Source: Octopus bimaculoides (Eukaryota). From it: a stretch of DNA of 63,834 nt. A model generated the notes under the pieces. The model was not told where the DNA came from. It was given only the letters and a program-made list of their open reading frames with translations, and did no database searches. The stretch lies in assembly GCF_001194135.2 (NCBI RefSeq), contig NC_068989.1, positions 15,760,008 to 15,823,841 of the forward strand, given 5' to 3'. Positions within the stretch are counted from its first letter, which is position 1, and every line of letters begins with the position of its first letter. The position numbers were made by a program, and so were the translations under genes. Shown here one piece after another: positions 37,645 through 51,062 of the stretch.

Positions 37645-37710
37645 CCGGACCATGATTTCGAACTTTAATAGGAAATAAAATAACTTGCTAGGCGAAGTTC
37701 TCATCAGCGA
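37645..37710 (-). ncRNA. Type I hammerhead ribozyme, GUC site (cut between 37648 and 37647)
   Basis: Minus strand TCG-CTGATGA-GAACTT...AAGTTC-GAAA-T-CATG-GTC-CGG: 6-bp helix II, U-G pair in helix III, palindromic CATG loop, 3-bp helix I. Confidence 0.8.
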
Positions 37711-38618
37711 GTTCGCCAAAGATTAAGATATAATTATGAGGCAGAATAGCACATGTCTCATGTTTATATATTATAATTTTTCAAATCCACCGCGCAAGCG
37801 CAGTTTTTGTTGGCAGCAAATATAAATGTTGACTTACTTCAAAATTACTAAAATCATATTAGGAAAAATATACAGGGTAGGAAAAAAACTAGAGAAAATT
37901 TTTCTACCAGTGACCTAGCAAGCAGAAATTAGTCTTGAAGAAACACTCCGAATACGTTTCATCGCATATGCACAAGATTTTTTTTTTTAATATACACGCA
38001 TGTTTGACACGAACCGTTAATAAGTATATTGGTCTCATATTTGTTATGCACAAATCTCCATGTATTATCCAGCCCCGTTAGAGTTGTCTTAATATTTCAT
38101 CTACCTTTCCCTTATTCTACTATGTCTATATAAGCTCTCATGATTCAGTATTTGGCTATGCCCTCTACTTTTATTATGTATAACGTTAATGTATTAAGTA
38201 TGGTAGAGCAACTCTCTTCATTAGTTACTCAGGCTTCATGTAATTCAGTTTTATGCTGGGCTTTTATAGCTGCTGCAAATGCATCATTTACTCACAAAAT
38301 TGAATTCTACATCTTGTCCTATCCTTTCCCAGGTTCAGTTAATTAAGAATATTATTACCCTGGCACTCGCTCCATACTTTGAAATGACTAAACATGAACT
38401 ACTATTGGAACTTACATAGTATGTACAGGAAACTTTTTATCACTTCTATACACCACTTTCCTTGAATAATGGAACTGCAACTACAATAGCTTTATATATT
38501 TTATATTTTATTTCTACTTTCATTTTCTTATTTCCTTCTATATTTCCTATCTCCTCCTTTCCATAATAATTCCTTATTTCGAAATCAAATATTTACCTCT
38601 ATTTAACCACCTCGCATC

Positions 38619-38657
38619 GTCTCTGATGAAGGGATATCCCAGAAACAGCTGTAAGAC
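38619..38657 (+). ncRNA. Minimal type I hammerhead motif, GUA site after 38653
   Basis: GTCT-CTGATGA-A-GGGATATCCC-A-GAAAC-AGCT-GTA-AGAC. The base of helix II is an A-A mismatch. Confidence 0.72.
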
Positions 38658-38729
38658 TATATCCATATCTTTTTCCTTATAAATGTCCTGAAAACTCCTC
38701 ACAGCCTTGGCTTTGTTATCTCATTTTGT

Positions 38730-38851
<122 letters not shown>

Positions 38852-38874
38852 TGTGTGTGTATTTTTTATTCTTT

Positions 38875-40135
38875 TATATGGTGGCTGTAGTCATGCTGGA
38901 GCACCACCATGATCTTTTCACTCTTTATTTTTTGTACCCTCTCTACAATCCTTCCGTGGTTCCTCTCTTCCAACTAATGCGATCCCACCAAAATTGTCGA
39001 TGGCCCATATGGTGTAAGAGGGAATTTGACACTGCTGCCCTGAACTGTGCCTCATGTTGAGCCATTGTTTCGTCTGATATTGTCGATAGGAGAGTGTACA
39101 GTTTCTTTTTGGAAAAATTCCACATATATATCATGTAAGTTTCTCAATTGTTTTGGCAGAGCATTGAAGAGCTGTGGTCCTTTGAACCCTAGGCTATTGC
39201 AGTACCTGGTTCTTATATTAAACGCATTGGACGGTACCTTCGGTACTGGGCAGTGGCGTCCAGTACGAGTGTTCATATAACACTTGCTGCCAAAACTGGG
39301 TACCAACCCTTCCAGTATTTTCCACATGTAAATTATTACATATCTCTCACGTCTGCTCTCTAAGGAGTAGAGTCGTAGTTCTTTTAGCCTCTCCTTGTAG
39401 TTCATGTGTTGGTCTGCAGCAATCTTTTCAGTGTGGTGACGCTGGATTGCTTCAAGCTCCGTTGTTAGGTTGACACTGTGTGGTGAGTACAGCTGAGAGC
39501 AGTAGTCTAGGTGACAGGACAAAGGTCTTCCATAGAGTCAACATGACTTCCTGATCTCTTGTCCTAAATGTCCTTAGTATCCCTCCCGCCAGTTGTCTGC
39601 ACTTTGATGCCAACTTGGTAATGTGTATGTGGAATGATGCATCATTACACATACTGATGCCCAGGTCTCTCACTGTCTGTGACTCTGGGATTGCAGTACC
39701 TCCGGGTCCTGTAAATGCCGGTTGTGGAGCATTTGTGATCTTATAGCGCAGTGCTTGAAATTTTTCAGCATTAAATTGCATATTGTTTTGCTCTGCCCAT
39801 TTGTATATGGCAAGTAGGTCGTTCTGCAGTTTACGACATCATTAGGATACTTTATTGCCTGTAATAATTTTGTATCATCGGCGTAGCTAGTGAAAATGGC
39901 TGTCTGAATGACTGTGGGCATGTCTAAGAGGGCTATTATAAACAGTAAAGACCCTAAGACACTTTCATCAGGGAAATCGCTCGAAATTTGTGTTTCCTTA
40001 GAGAGTGTATCATTGGCTGCAAAAGTCTGACTTCGATTGTTTAGGAAGCCATGCAACCATTCTCCTAGTTTACCAACTATACCAAGGTTTCGCAACTTGT
40101 GACATATCATGCCATGATCAAATTTGTCGGTCATA
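38875..40135 (-). mobile_element. 5'-truncated CR1/L2-group LINE (RT and C-terminus)
   Basis: [10 protein letters not shown]...WLHGFL...SVLGSLLFII...YADDTK...QFNAEKF...RDLG...LDYCSQL...LEAIQR...LYSLESRRER...RAAVSNSLLH, with a few frameshifts. Confidence 0.93.
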
Positions 40136-40970
40136 TATATGGATATTTTTCCGTCTATATATATATATATGTGCATATATATATATATGCATATATATGT
40201 ATACTCATATATATATTTATATATACACACAGATATATAATATATATATATATAATGCACACACACACATATATACATATACATACATACATATATATAC
40301 ATATATACATATATAAATATATATATATATANNNNNNNNNNNNNNNNNNNNNNNNNNNNNNNNNNNNNNNNNNNNNNNNNNNNNNNNNNNNNNNNNNNNN
40401 NNNNNNNNNNNNNNNNNNNNNTATATATACCATGCCCGTACGACATCTAATTTTGTACATTCTGTTTAAATGGCAAGCCAGAATATCATGGTTTGATGTT
40501 AATCATTTAGAGTAGTCTTTCGGTGATAAATGTGAAATGATTAACCGTTTTGGATTTCGATACCTCGATCCTCAGTCAATTACAAAAGAATGTGTATGTA
40601 TGTATGTATGTATGTATGTATGTATGTATGTATGTATCTGGGTGTGGGAATTGGTGAGTGATTATTTCTGTGATTGTATACTTGTGTGCCTTGATTAGTG
40701 AGGTTTTAGAAGTCAGAAATACAGCTATAGAAGAATAATTAGAATGATAAATAGATAGCTAGAAAGAGGGATAAATAGATGGATATAATATATAGATCTA
40801 AATATGTTGCTTGTATGAGTGTGTGTGGTAGCGTGCGTATGTACGTATGCATACACAAGAACTCATTCATATACATACATACGCAGACACAGACACACAC
40901 ACGCACACGCACAAACAAATATGCTAGTTCTAACATCACACTAAGAGATAAACGCAATAGTTATACCAAC

Positions 40971-41230
40971 AAGTAATGTTCGTAGCCGCTTCAATTTGGC
41001 TGTCCGTTCGCACGGACTTTACTGCGATTTTATAACCCCAAGAGGACATCTCTTGTAGCTGGTTAACGATGCACAGCTGCAACCGAGATATTGTAAGTTC
41101 CCCTGCTCGCAATATCGAATGCAGCCGTGCATCGTTAAACAGCTATAATACATATCGTCTTGGGGTTAAAAAGTCGCAGTGAAGTCCGTTCCAACGGACA
41201 ACCACGTTGAAGTGGCTACGAACATTACTT
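40971..41230. repeat. 260-bp palindromic (foldback/MITE-like) element
   Basis: aagtaatgttcgtagcc...ggctacgaacattactt. The arms pair along nearly the whole length with scattered mismatches. Confidence 0.92.
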
Positions 41231-42258
41231 ATATATATATATATATATATATNNNNNNNNNNNNNNNNNNNNNNNNNNNNNNNNNNNNNNNNNNNNNNNN
41301 NNNNNNNNNNNNNNNNNNNNNNNNNNNNNNNNNNNNNNNNNNNNNNNNNNNNNNNNNNNNNNNNNNNNNNNNNNNNNNNNNNNNNNNNNNNNNNNNNNNN
41401 NNNNNNNNNNNNNNNNNNNNNNNNNNNNNNNNNNNNNNNNNNNNNNNNNNNNNNNNNNNNNNNNNNNNNNNNNNNNNNNNNNNNNNNNNNNNNNNNNNNN
41501 NNNNNNNNNNNNNNNNNNNNNNNNNNNNNNNNNNNNNNNNNNNNNNNNNNNNNNNNNNNNNNNNNNNNNNNNNNNNNNNNNNNNNNNNNNNNNNNNNNNN
41601 NNNNNNNNNNNNNNNNNNNNNNNNNNNNNNNNNNNNNNNNNNNNNNNNNNNNNNNNNNNNNNNNNNNNNNNNNNNNNNNNNNNNNNNNNNNNNNNNNNNN
41701 NNNNNNNNNNNNNNNNNNNNNNNNNNNNNNNNNNNNNNNNNNNNNNNNNNNNNNNNNNNNNNNNNNNNNNNNNNNNNNNNNNNNNNNNNNNNNNNNNNNN
41801 NNNNNNNNNNNNNNNNNNNNNNNNNNNNNNNNNNNNNNNNNNNNNNNNNNNNNNNNNNNNNNNNNNNNNNNNNNNNNNNNNNNNNNNNNNNNNNNNNNNN
41901 NNNNNNNNNNNNNNNNNNNNNNNNNNNNNNNNNNNNNNNNNNNNNNNNNNNNNNNNNNNNNNNNNNNNNNNNNNNNNNNNNNNNNNNNNNNNNNNNNNNN
42001 NNNNNNNNNNNNNNNNNNNNNNNNNNNNNNNNNNNNNNNNNNNNNNNNNNNNNNNNNNNNNNNNNNNNNNNNNNNNNNNNNNNNNNNNNNNNNNNNNNNN
42101 NNNNNNNNNNNNNNNNNNNNNNNNNNNNNNNNNNNNNNNNNNNNNNNNNNNNNNNAGAGCGAAGACAGAAATCTAGGCGAAGTCGATGGATTACTGTTGT
42201 TGTTACAATTGCGATGGTAGAGATCGTAACGATAGTGTTGTTAATGGAAATGATGATG

Positions 42259-42395
<137 letters not shown>

Positions 42396-43587
42396 ATGAT
42401 AATGGTTATGATGATAAGAGAGCAAGATGTTAGAGAGGGAAAGGGCTAGAGTATAGAGGCATGTGTGTTTGTGCGCGAAATTGTCCCCATGTGTGTGCGT
42501 GTGTTTTCGGACACAATGTAATGGATGGCGGAGGTAGTAAAAGAAAAGCTGGGCAAGATTTCACTGGAAGAATTGAAGGATCGGTCGGAAATAATGTACA
42601 TACATGAACAAATGAACAAACGAACAAATGAATGGTTTTATATATACATGCACACGCATGTATATACTTACATAAACGCACATCTGTATATATATATATC
42701 CACTAATATGTGTATAATAATATGTGATATATATACATACACACANNNNNNNNNNNNNNNNNNATAATCTGTAATTATCAGTTGCAAACTCAAGCTTACT
42801 TTCTAACCTTCCATACATTATCAGATGGTAAATTGAAAGCCATTCATTGTAATATTCTGGCATTACCTTAATTATTACTCAGTCGCTGGCTTGGAATTAC
42901 TCTCACTGGTTGAATTATTGTAGTTTTATATGGTAATGAATTGAGCGAGATGTTCCTGGGCATCTAGCTAATACAATAGCACACACTTCCCATGTCTTAC
43001 AGTAGCATCATTTTTTTTTTGTTTTTATTTGTGTGCTTGTCTTTCTTTACACTGCTCTATCAAAACGCAATGGCTGAAGGATCTTAAGTTCAAACTTCAT
43101 GTCTCCTGCTGGCATTTTTTATCTTATTATATTTCTTGGTTGGACATCTTTTTCTACAATAAGACCAAGCAGACAAAGCTAGTCGGACCAAGTTACACAG
43201 AAAAATCTTCGTGAAATCGCATCCTATCCTTTGGAGAAAGAAAGAATAAACTTGATAATATAGTGCTACACTTTATGATAATTTAGTCAGAGAAGTTGAC
43301 ATCGAATTGGCAAAGTCGTTAAAATGAAGAATTTATAGAACTTCGGACAGGATACCTTACCTGCTCCGACTTTGCACACTAGCAGCAATGCTGGGGACAA
43401 GGATGTTGTTACCCAGGTGTAATGGTCATTGCTTTTTTTTCCCATTGGCAATATCCATGGCGTGCAAATGGAAGACTTCCACACAAATAAGAATAAAACA
43501 TTATACAGGCCTGCACCTTGGGAAAGAACTTTCTGGCTACAGATCCATAATCTTATAATATATATACCGAGGTGTCCTTATATATTG

Positions 43588-43802
43588 GTTTTAAGTTTTG
43601 GCGCAAGGACAGCAAGTTCGAGTAGTGGGTAAGTCGATTACATCGATCCCTGTGCTCAACTGTTACTTATGTTACCGACCCTCGAAAGGAATGAAAGGCA
43701 AATTCGACCTCAGTGGAATTTGAACTCAGAACATAAAGACGGACATAATGCCGCTATGCATTTTGCCCAGCGCACTAACAATTCTGCCAGCTCGCCGCCT
43801 TA
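43588..43802 (-). mobile_element. SINE family A/B, near full length
   Basis: The reverse complement begins aaggcggcgagctggcagaattgttagtgcg and contains gttctgagttcaaattccactgaggtcg. Confidence 0.9.
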
Positions 43803-44321
43803 GGAGCGTCCTTGATATTGAGATGAAGTGCAGTGCGCGTCAATTCTTACATGTCTCCGAGAAATATACTATGAATTGTATTACTACAGTAAGTACAAAG
43901 CATCTGGATAATGAATTATTTTCAGGCTTCAGAAATTGTCTAGTTACCTGCAACATAACTGATTCCACTAAACTCCGACGTAAAGGGTCGGAAGAAATAC
44001 CGCAAAGTATTTTGCTCGGCGCGGTATCAATTCTGACAGCTCGCCGCAATATAAGACATAATATACAATATGTTATGCGCATGCGCGCGCGCACACACAC
44101 ACACACACATACATATGTACGTATATTCATTTATTCACGTGTGGGTGTTATTTCCTTCAGCTGTGTTTTCTCCAGCAATCTTTCATCTTTTCAATGAAAT
44201 TCCCTGTTTAGCGTCTCCTTTACTTTCTCTCCAAACCATTATATTATCTTTGAGAGGAACACAAACATTCACATGCAAACGCGCTCAAACACACACACAC
44301 ACGTACTCTCTCTCTCACATC

Positions 44322-44451
44322 CCCTCACACACACACACACACCCTCACACACATACACCCTCACACACACACACACACCCTCACACACACACACACCCTC
44401 ACACACACACACACCCTCACACACACACACACCCTCACACACACACACACC

Positions 44452-44500
<49 letters not shown>
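44322..44500. repeat. Compound minisatellite CCCT(CA)n x about 8, then (CT)n(CA)n
   Basis: Repeating ccctcacacacacacaca units of variable length. Confidence 0.9.
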
Positions 44501-44503
<3 letters not shown>

Positions 44504-45411
44504 CCCTGATTTCTTCTCCCACGTTCCGCTTTCTTTATGTTAATACTATTATCAACATCACTTTAAAATTCTCTTCTTTCAGCAGAAAAGACATAGCAAC
44601 AACAACCGCTACAACAATATTAAAATCCACATAGCTTTAGTTTCAATAGTCTCTTTCCCTATCCAACACAAACTTATCTAAATAACATTTTCCCCTTGTC
44701 CAGTCATCACACACGCTACTGTGTAATTACTACAATCTCTCCAACTTCTTTAAGATTTTACACAGTACTAACATTTCCTATTTTTCGCAATCATTTTGTC
44801 TTCTGCGCTCCTTCAGACGTAAACATAATAGTTTCATGTATAAGACATTTCGATAACGGAACATACATATGCATGTTATCTGATCGAAAAGAGCCATGAA
44901 CGAAACCATTTCTGTCGTAAACATACAATCCTTATTGAAGATTTATGGAACTACTTTACGTAATATAGTCACAGAAAACGTAATATGTCCTTTCCCCCTT
45001 TTTAAGAATACTGCTCTGTCCATCAGGGATTGCTTTGCGTAATGCAACGGAAATTTAATATAAGCTTTTGGTTTATGGATCTTAGATCAACGTAAAATGT
45101 TATGAAGATCATTCAGAGGCGGTGTTGTAATGTTATTATCAGCTTTATAGTGACATATTCTTAAATCCATCCGGACGTTAGAGTAGCACTCAATATTTCT
45201 TCTTCAGCCTTCAATTCAAGGAAAGCAGAATCTGAGTTTTTGCTGTTGTTGTTGTTGTTGTCGTTAATGTTGTTATTCTTGTTTAGCAACAAGTAAGCAC
45301 GAATTGAGCGGACCTAAAAATCAAAGGACAATGCTGCTTTGTTTTCAGGCACGGCGCATGCATAATCAGATTTTTTAAAATTTCTGTCTGTGCTTCTTTG
45401 TCTGTCTGTCA

Positions 45412-45416
<5 letters not shown>

Positions 45417-45498
<82 letters not shown>
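45417..45498. repeat. (CT)n microsatellite
   Basis: Pure CT run. Confidence 0.97.
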
Positions 45499-45502
<4 letters not shown>

Positions 45503-45849
45503 AGTTCACACACACACACACATACACACACGTGTGTGTGTGTGTGTGTGTATGTCATTATTCAGTTTTATTGCAAGGTTCCTTAGAGAAAAAGAGAAAA
45601 AGAAAAATAGAGAAAAAGCCGGTTGCTAACCTAGAGCCAAGGCTCTTTCATTGGAATTTCAATAATATCAACAGGGTATTTTTGCATGCATATATGTACA
45701 CAGACATGCAGGAAGTAAATAGACACCTTTAATTTTTCAAAATTTCTGACCTAAGCGTCTTAATATGTTTTCAGCGGTGTAGAATTTACAATGTAATTAT
45801 TCTTTTTCATTCCAGGTGACATTATATCGAAAATTTGCGAAGAGTAACC

Positions 45850-46231
45850 ATGCCACGCACAAAAAAATTCAGCAGAACTGTCAGATTTTCAAAGAGGTCA
45901 TATTTTTGGCCAATCTGAGGCTGGTCTTAGCTTGTGTAAAATTGCCGAAAACCTTCAAATTCCTCTTGCTACTGTTAATAGAATTATAGTGCAATTCAAA
46001 ATCCAAGGAAAAGAATCAACAGATTCTCGTCCCGGCCAGCCTGGGCCCTCGGAAAGGAAGCTTCGCTGTTTGAATAGAATTGTGGAAAACGAACCCCGTT
46101 CGAAGGCTTCTGACATTGCAAAACAGCTAGAAGTTAGTCCAAGAACGTATGTTACATATCTGCATAAACTTGGATTTTATGTGCGAGCAGCTAAAAGAAA
46201 ACCTCTCCTTCAACCAATTAATATCAAATAA
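45850..46231 (+). mobile_element. Tc1-like transposase N-terminal (paired-like HTH) remnant
   Basis: MPRTK/ELSDFQRGHIFG..EAGLSLCKIAENLQIPLATVNRII...SRPGQP...RTYVTYLHKLGF..RAAKRKPLL. No DDE domain is present. Confidence 0.85.
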
Positions 46232-46379
46232 AAGATCTTGAAAATTAAAGTCGTCTATTTACTTACCGCGTGTTTGTGAATGTGTGCAGTATTTGCAGTC
46301 AGTGAATGTACAAATTTGTATGTTTTATTTTATGTATGTAGTCCCATGCATATATTTGCGTGTCTAATGAATGTGTGTA

Positions 46380-46437
<58 letters not shown>

Positions 46438-46447
46438 NNNNNNNNNN

Positions 46448-46497
<50 letters not shown>

Positions 46498-46602
46498 ATT
46501 ATCTGATAAAGAATTATCCAAAATTCTGGCTGCCACCTTTTTCTCAAAATACAATATCTGTACACCACATCAAACACTCTATACATACATGCATACATAC
46601 AC

Positions 46603-46646
<44 letters not shown>

Positions 46647-46717
46647 TCACACACACGATTTTATACGTAGGTTTATCGGCACATACATATGCATAAATAC
46701 GTATATGTGTGTGTATG

Positions 46718-46750
<33 letters not shown>

Positions 46751-46759
46751 TCATATATT

Positions 46760-46808
<49 letters not shown>

Positions 46809-47989
46809 NNNNNNNNNNNNNNNNNNNNNNNNNNNNNNNNNNNNNNNNNNNNNNNNNNNNNNNNNNNNNNNNNNNNNNNNNNNNNNNNNNNNNNNNNNNN
46901 NNNNNNNNNNNNNNNNNNNNNNNNNNNNNNNNNNNNNNNNNNNNNNNNNNNNNNNNNNNNNNNNNNNNNNNNNNNNNNNNNNNNNNNNNNNNNNNNNNNN
47001 NNNNNNNNNNNNNNNNNNNNNNNNNNNNNNNNNNNNNNNNNNNNNNNNNNNNNNNNNNNNNNNNNNNNNNNNNNNNNNNNNNNNNNNNNNNNNNNNNNNN
47101 NNNNNNNNNNNNNNNNNNNNNNNNNNNNNNNNNNNNNNNNNNNNNNNNNNNNNNNNNNNNNNNNNNNNNNNNNNNNNNNNNNNNNNNNNNNNNNNNNNNN
47201 NNNNNNNNNNNNNNNNNNNNNNNNNNNNNNNNNNNNNNNNNNNNNNNNNNNNNNNNNNNNNNNNNNNNNNNNNNNNNNNNNNNNNNNNNNNNNNNNNNNN
47301 NNNNNNNNNNNNNNNNNNNNNNNNNNNNNNNNNNNNNNNNNNNNNNNNNNNNNNNNNNNNNNNNNNNNNNNNNNNNNNNNNNNNNNNNNNNNNNNNNNTA
47401 TATATATATTTTAGTATTTGCACTATCTCTTTTTTGAAACCTTATCCACTTGGTTCTTCATGCTGTTAACCTAACACCGTTTATATGAAGTCTATATACT
47501 TTCTTTATATGACATTACTTGATATTTTTGGTCTGACAGTTATCAATGTACTCTTTATTCTCTTACGTCTGTAATAATACCACTGTGTTTTGTCTCAGCT
47601 GTACTCAATGACAACGCATAGAATGATGTTGTACTTGATATCATTTTTATGTACACATCATCGATGAAGCACCTACTAATAATTTGCATCAGGTCAGTGC
47701 ATCTAAACTAAATGGGGAACATACTACTAAAGTTTCAATTATCAATTCATCTAAGAATAAATGTTAGCTATTTAAGAAGGAAAAAAAAACAAGTCTTCAT
47801 TTTTTATGTACATATTCTCTATGGATACATAAAGATATGCCTTTAAAGAAAGAACTTAACATTTATGATGTACATATTTCTATGGATATATTTATGCTTT
47901 TATGTGCGTGCATGTGCATATGTGTTTGGATGTTCGGATGTGTGTGATTGTGTAAATTTGTGCATACGTTACACTTTTATTATTTTACT

Positions 47990-48200
47990 CGAGTCAGTCA
48001 TTGGACAATAGCCATGATAGATCCCCACCTTGTAAGATTAGTCGACCGGATCGACTCCAGAATTGTTTTAATTCTGGTATTTATTCTATCATCTTGTTTT
48101 GTTCAACCACTTAGTTACGGGGGCGTAAAAAACCTAGCACTGCTTGTCAAGTGGTGGTCGGGGACAAACGCATTCACAAGGACACGCACATAGATACATA
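47990..48200 (-). mobile_element. SINE family C 3' half
   Basis: Reverse complement gtttgtccccgaccaccacttgacaag...ttacgcccccgtaact...gtcgatccggtcgacta. Confidence 0.75.
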
Positions 48201-49153
48201 CACAAGCACAAACATATACATTCATACACCGATATATAGGTATTTTTATATATACGTGTGTGTATATATATGTAAGTATGTGTGTATGGACGTATATAAA
48301 TGTGTCTAATTCTGTCTATACGTATATAATACTCTCCCCACACACACACATTAGAGTTTACATCTCACAAATTCACTTACCTGAGATGCCGGGCGGGGGA
48401 ACTGAACCCAAATCTTCGAGGTCATGAAGGTAAGTAATATAGCTACCATAACTTGGCACTTCTAAATATACACATCATTCGGATATTTTAAAATGTTGAA
48501 TGGGAAAAATTCTCTTGTCATCATTTTGGTTTCAATCTTTAAGTGTTTATGGGGAATTCTCTAGTCAAATGTACGTGGACATTTACGCATTTATATTTAA
48601 AAAGTATAACGGAAAAAAAAACGTGGGTTTTTCTCACTTTTTTTCCTTTTACTTACCTGCATTAATTGTTAATTAATTTTTCACTCATTCTAAAGTCATT
48701 AACTATAACCTTTTTCTTCCTAGTGCCCCATGTTAGATGTGTAGGTGTTTTACTCAGTTTCTTTTGCATGAACGGCGTGTAATAACTTAATTTGAGTCAT
48801 ACAGAATGACTTTTAGCCCTACAGCCGCTTCTTTTTTTGCAATGTCTCATTACAATAATTAGAAGAGTCATTAAATATCTGTATATTATTGGATATATTA
48901 CATAAACTACGCAATATACTCTTATGTTGTAAACAGTGACCCAATGCTGGTTAAACTTTTTTTATCGGTATATATTGCACATTCATTTTAAATATTTTGT
49001 GGTGTTGCATAATATGGAATAAATAATAAAGCTGTTAACGGCTGCTTATTAGGTGGAGTATACAACTTAAATTAATTTTTTTCGTGTTAATCGAATACAT
49101 ACATATATACACACACACACACACACACAAACACATACACACACACACACACG

Positions 49154-49202
<49 letters not shown>

Positions 49203-49574
49203 NNNNNNNNNNNNNNNNNNNNNNNNNNNNNNNNNNNNNNNNNNNNNNNNNNNNNNNNNNNNNNNNNNNNNNNNNNNNNNNNNNNNNNNNNNNNNNNNNN
49301 NNNNNNNNNNNNNNNNNNNNNNNNNNNNNNNNNNNNNNNNNNNNNNNNNNNNNNNNNNNNNNNNNNNNNNNNNNNNNNNNNNNNNNNNNNNNNNNNNNNN
49401 NNNNNNNNNNNNNNNNNNNNNNNNNNNNNNNNNNNNNNNNNNNNNNNNNNNNNNNNNNNNNNNNNNNNNNNNNNNNNNNNNNNNNNNNNNNNNNNNNNNN
49501 NNNNNNNNNNNNNNNNNNNNNNNNNNNNNNNNNNNNNNNNNNNNNNNNNATATATATATATATATATATAAATC

Positions 49575-50150
49575 TCACATCCTTCTTTCCACCGGCCTGC
49601 TCATCAGTCGTTATGTTGTTGGACTCACAATGATCTTGGAGGAACTGATTCAGGCAGCCTGTGTACAGTTTGTACATAATGTGTAGGCAAGCAATGAGGT
49701 ATTAGTTTTGCAGCCAACTCGGTGGTTTTATTCTTGGTTACAAGATTTGTCCGAGGTATAACAAGCCAGTCTGGTATATCAATGTGACCTTCCATAGTAC
49801 TATTATATATATTAGTGGTTTCCTGTAAAATGTCATATACTAGTATCCAACTATCAGCTCCCTTACAGATGCCTTCCCTTATGTAATTTGCCTACAGCTA
49901 TGGTGACAGTTTCCGAGAGAATTGCATGTTTTACTGTCGATGTTGGTACAGCATTCTCTCCTTATTGCATTTACCCACCATGCATTAAGATTGAGATCCC
50001 TCTTTTCGTTCGACAATTTCAAACAGTGAGACAAGTTCTTGTTGAGAGGGAGCTTTCTTAACGGTAATATTTTCCTTCTGCATCTCTCTGTATAATGCCT
50101 GTAGATTAGAAGCAAACTTGTGATATATACAAGCTCGCCTAAAAATATGT
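49575..50150 (-). mobile_element. R4/Dong-like RT-region fragment
   Basis: KFASNLQALYREM...NLNAWWV...IPDWLV..RTNL..KN...MYKLYTGCLNQFLQDHCESNNITTDEQAGGKK. Confidence 0.8.
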
Positions 50151-50397
50151 CTGCGCTAGCGAAGATTTTCGCTCAGCGCCCCGAATTCCTGTTTTAGAGT
50201 AATTGACGCTCCCTAAAAGACTTGGTGTGAAGAGTAACCTTAGAGGTTTGTTAATTTATTCATAAGATGTAATAGACCAGGTGTATAAATTCATTATGTA
50301 AGTATGTATGTCAGTAGGTAGGTAGATAGATAGGTAGATAGCTAAGTAGGCATATACATATATATATATATATATGTGTATATGTGTATGAATAAGC

Positions 50398-50453
<56 letters not shown>

Positions 50454-50631
50454 NNNNNNNNNNNNNNNNNNNNNNNNNNNNNNNNNNNNNNNNNNNNNNN
50501 NNNNNNNNNNNNNNNNNNNNNNNNNNNNNNNNNNNNNNNNNNNNNNNNNNNNNNNNNNNNNNNNNNNNNNNNNNNNNNNNNNNNNNNNNNNNNNNNNNNN
50601 NNNNNNNNNNNNNNNNNNNNNNNNNNNNNNN

Positions 50632-50695
<64 letters not shown>

Positions 50696-51030
50696 ACGCA
50701 TATACATGTGTGCCTACCTACATTCACATATGTTATATATCTTTATATCATATTATATTCTACTGCTTTATATTATATTACATAATCTGATATACTATAT
50801 AATGTATTATATATATATTGAATTAAACTGTTTTTACAGCAGAACTAAGCAGACAAAGCTAGCGTGTAGAATGTTTCATTAAAAAGAGCCTTGAGTGAGT
50901 TTGCACACTATTATTTATATCTTTATCTACTTTAAGTTCGACTTATAATTTACTTCAATTCTCTCGAAGTTTCTAAATAACATAAATATACGTATATGTG
51001 TGTGACTGTATTTAGATACATACACAAACA

Positions 51031-51062
<32 letters not shown>

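Noticed and set aside
43330-43480. Strong minus-strand donor CAG/GTAAGG with a possible 30-nt exon
   Set aside because: Too short to assess; no supporting neighbours.
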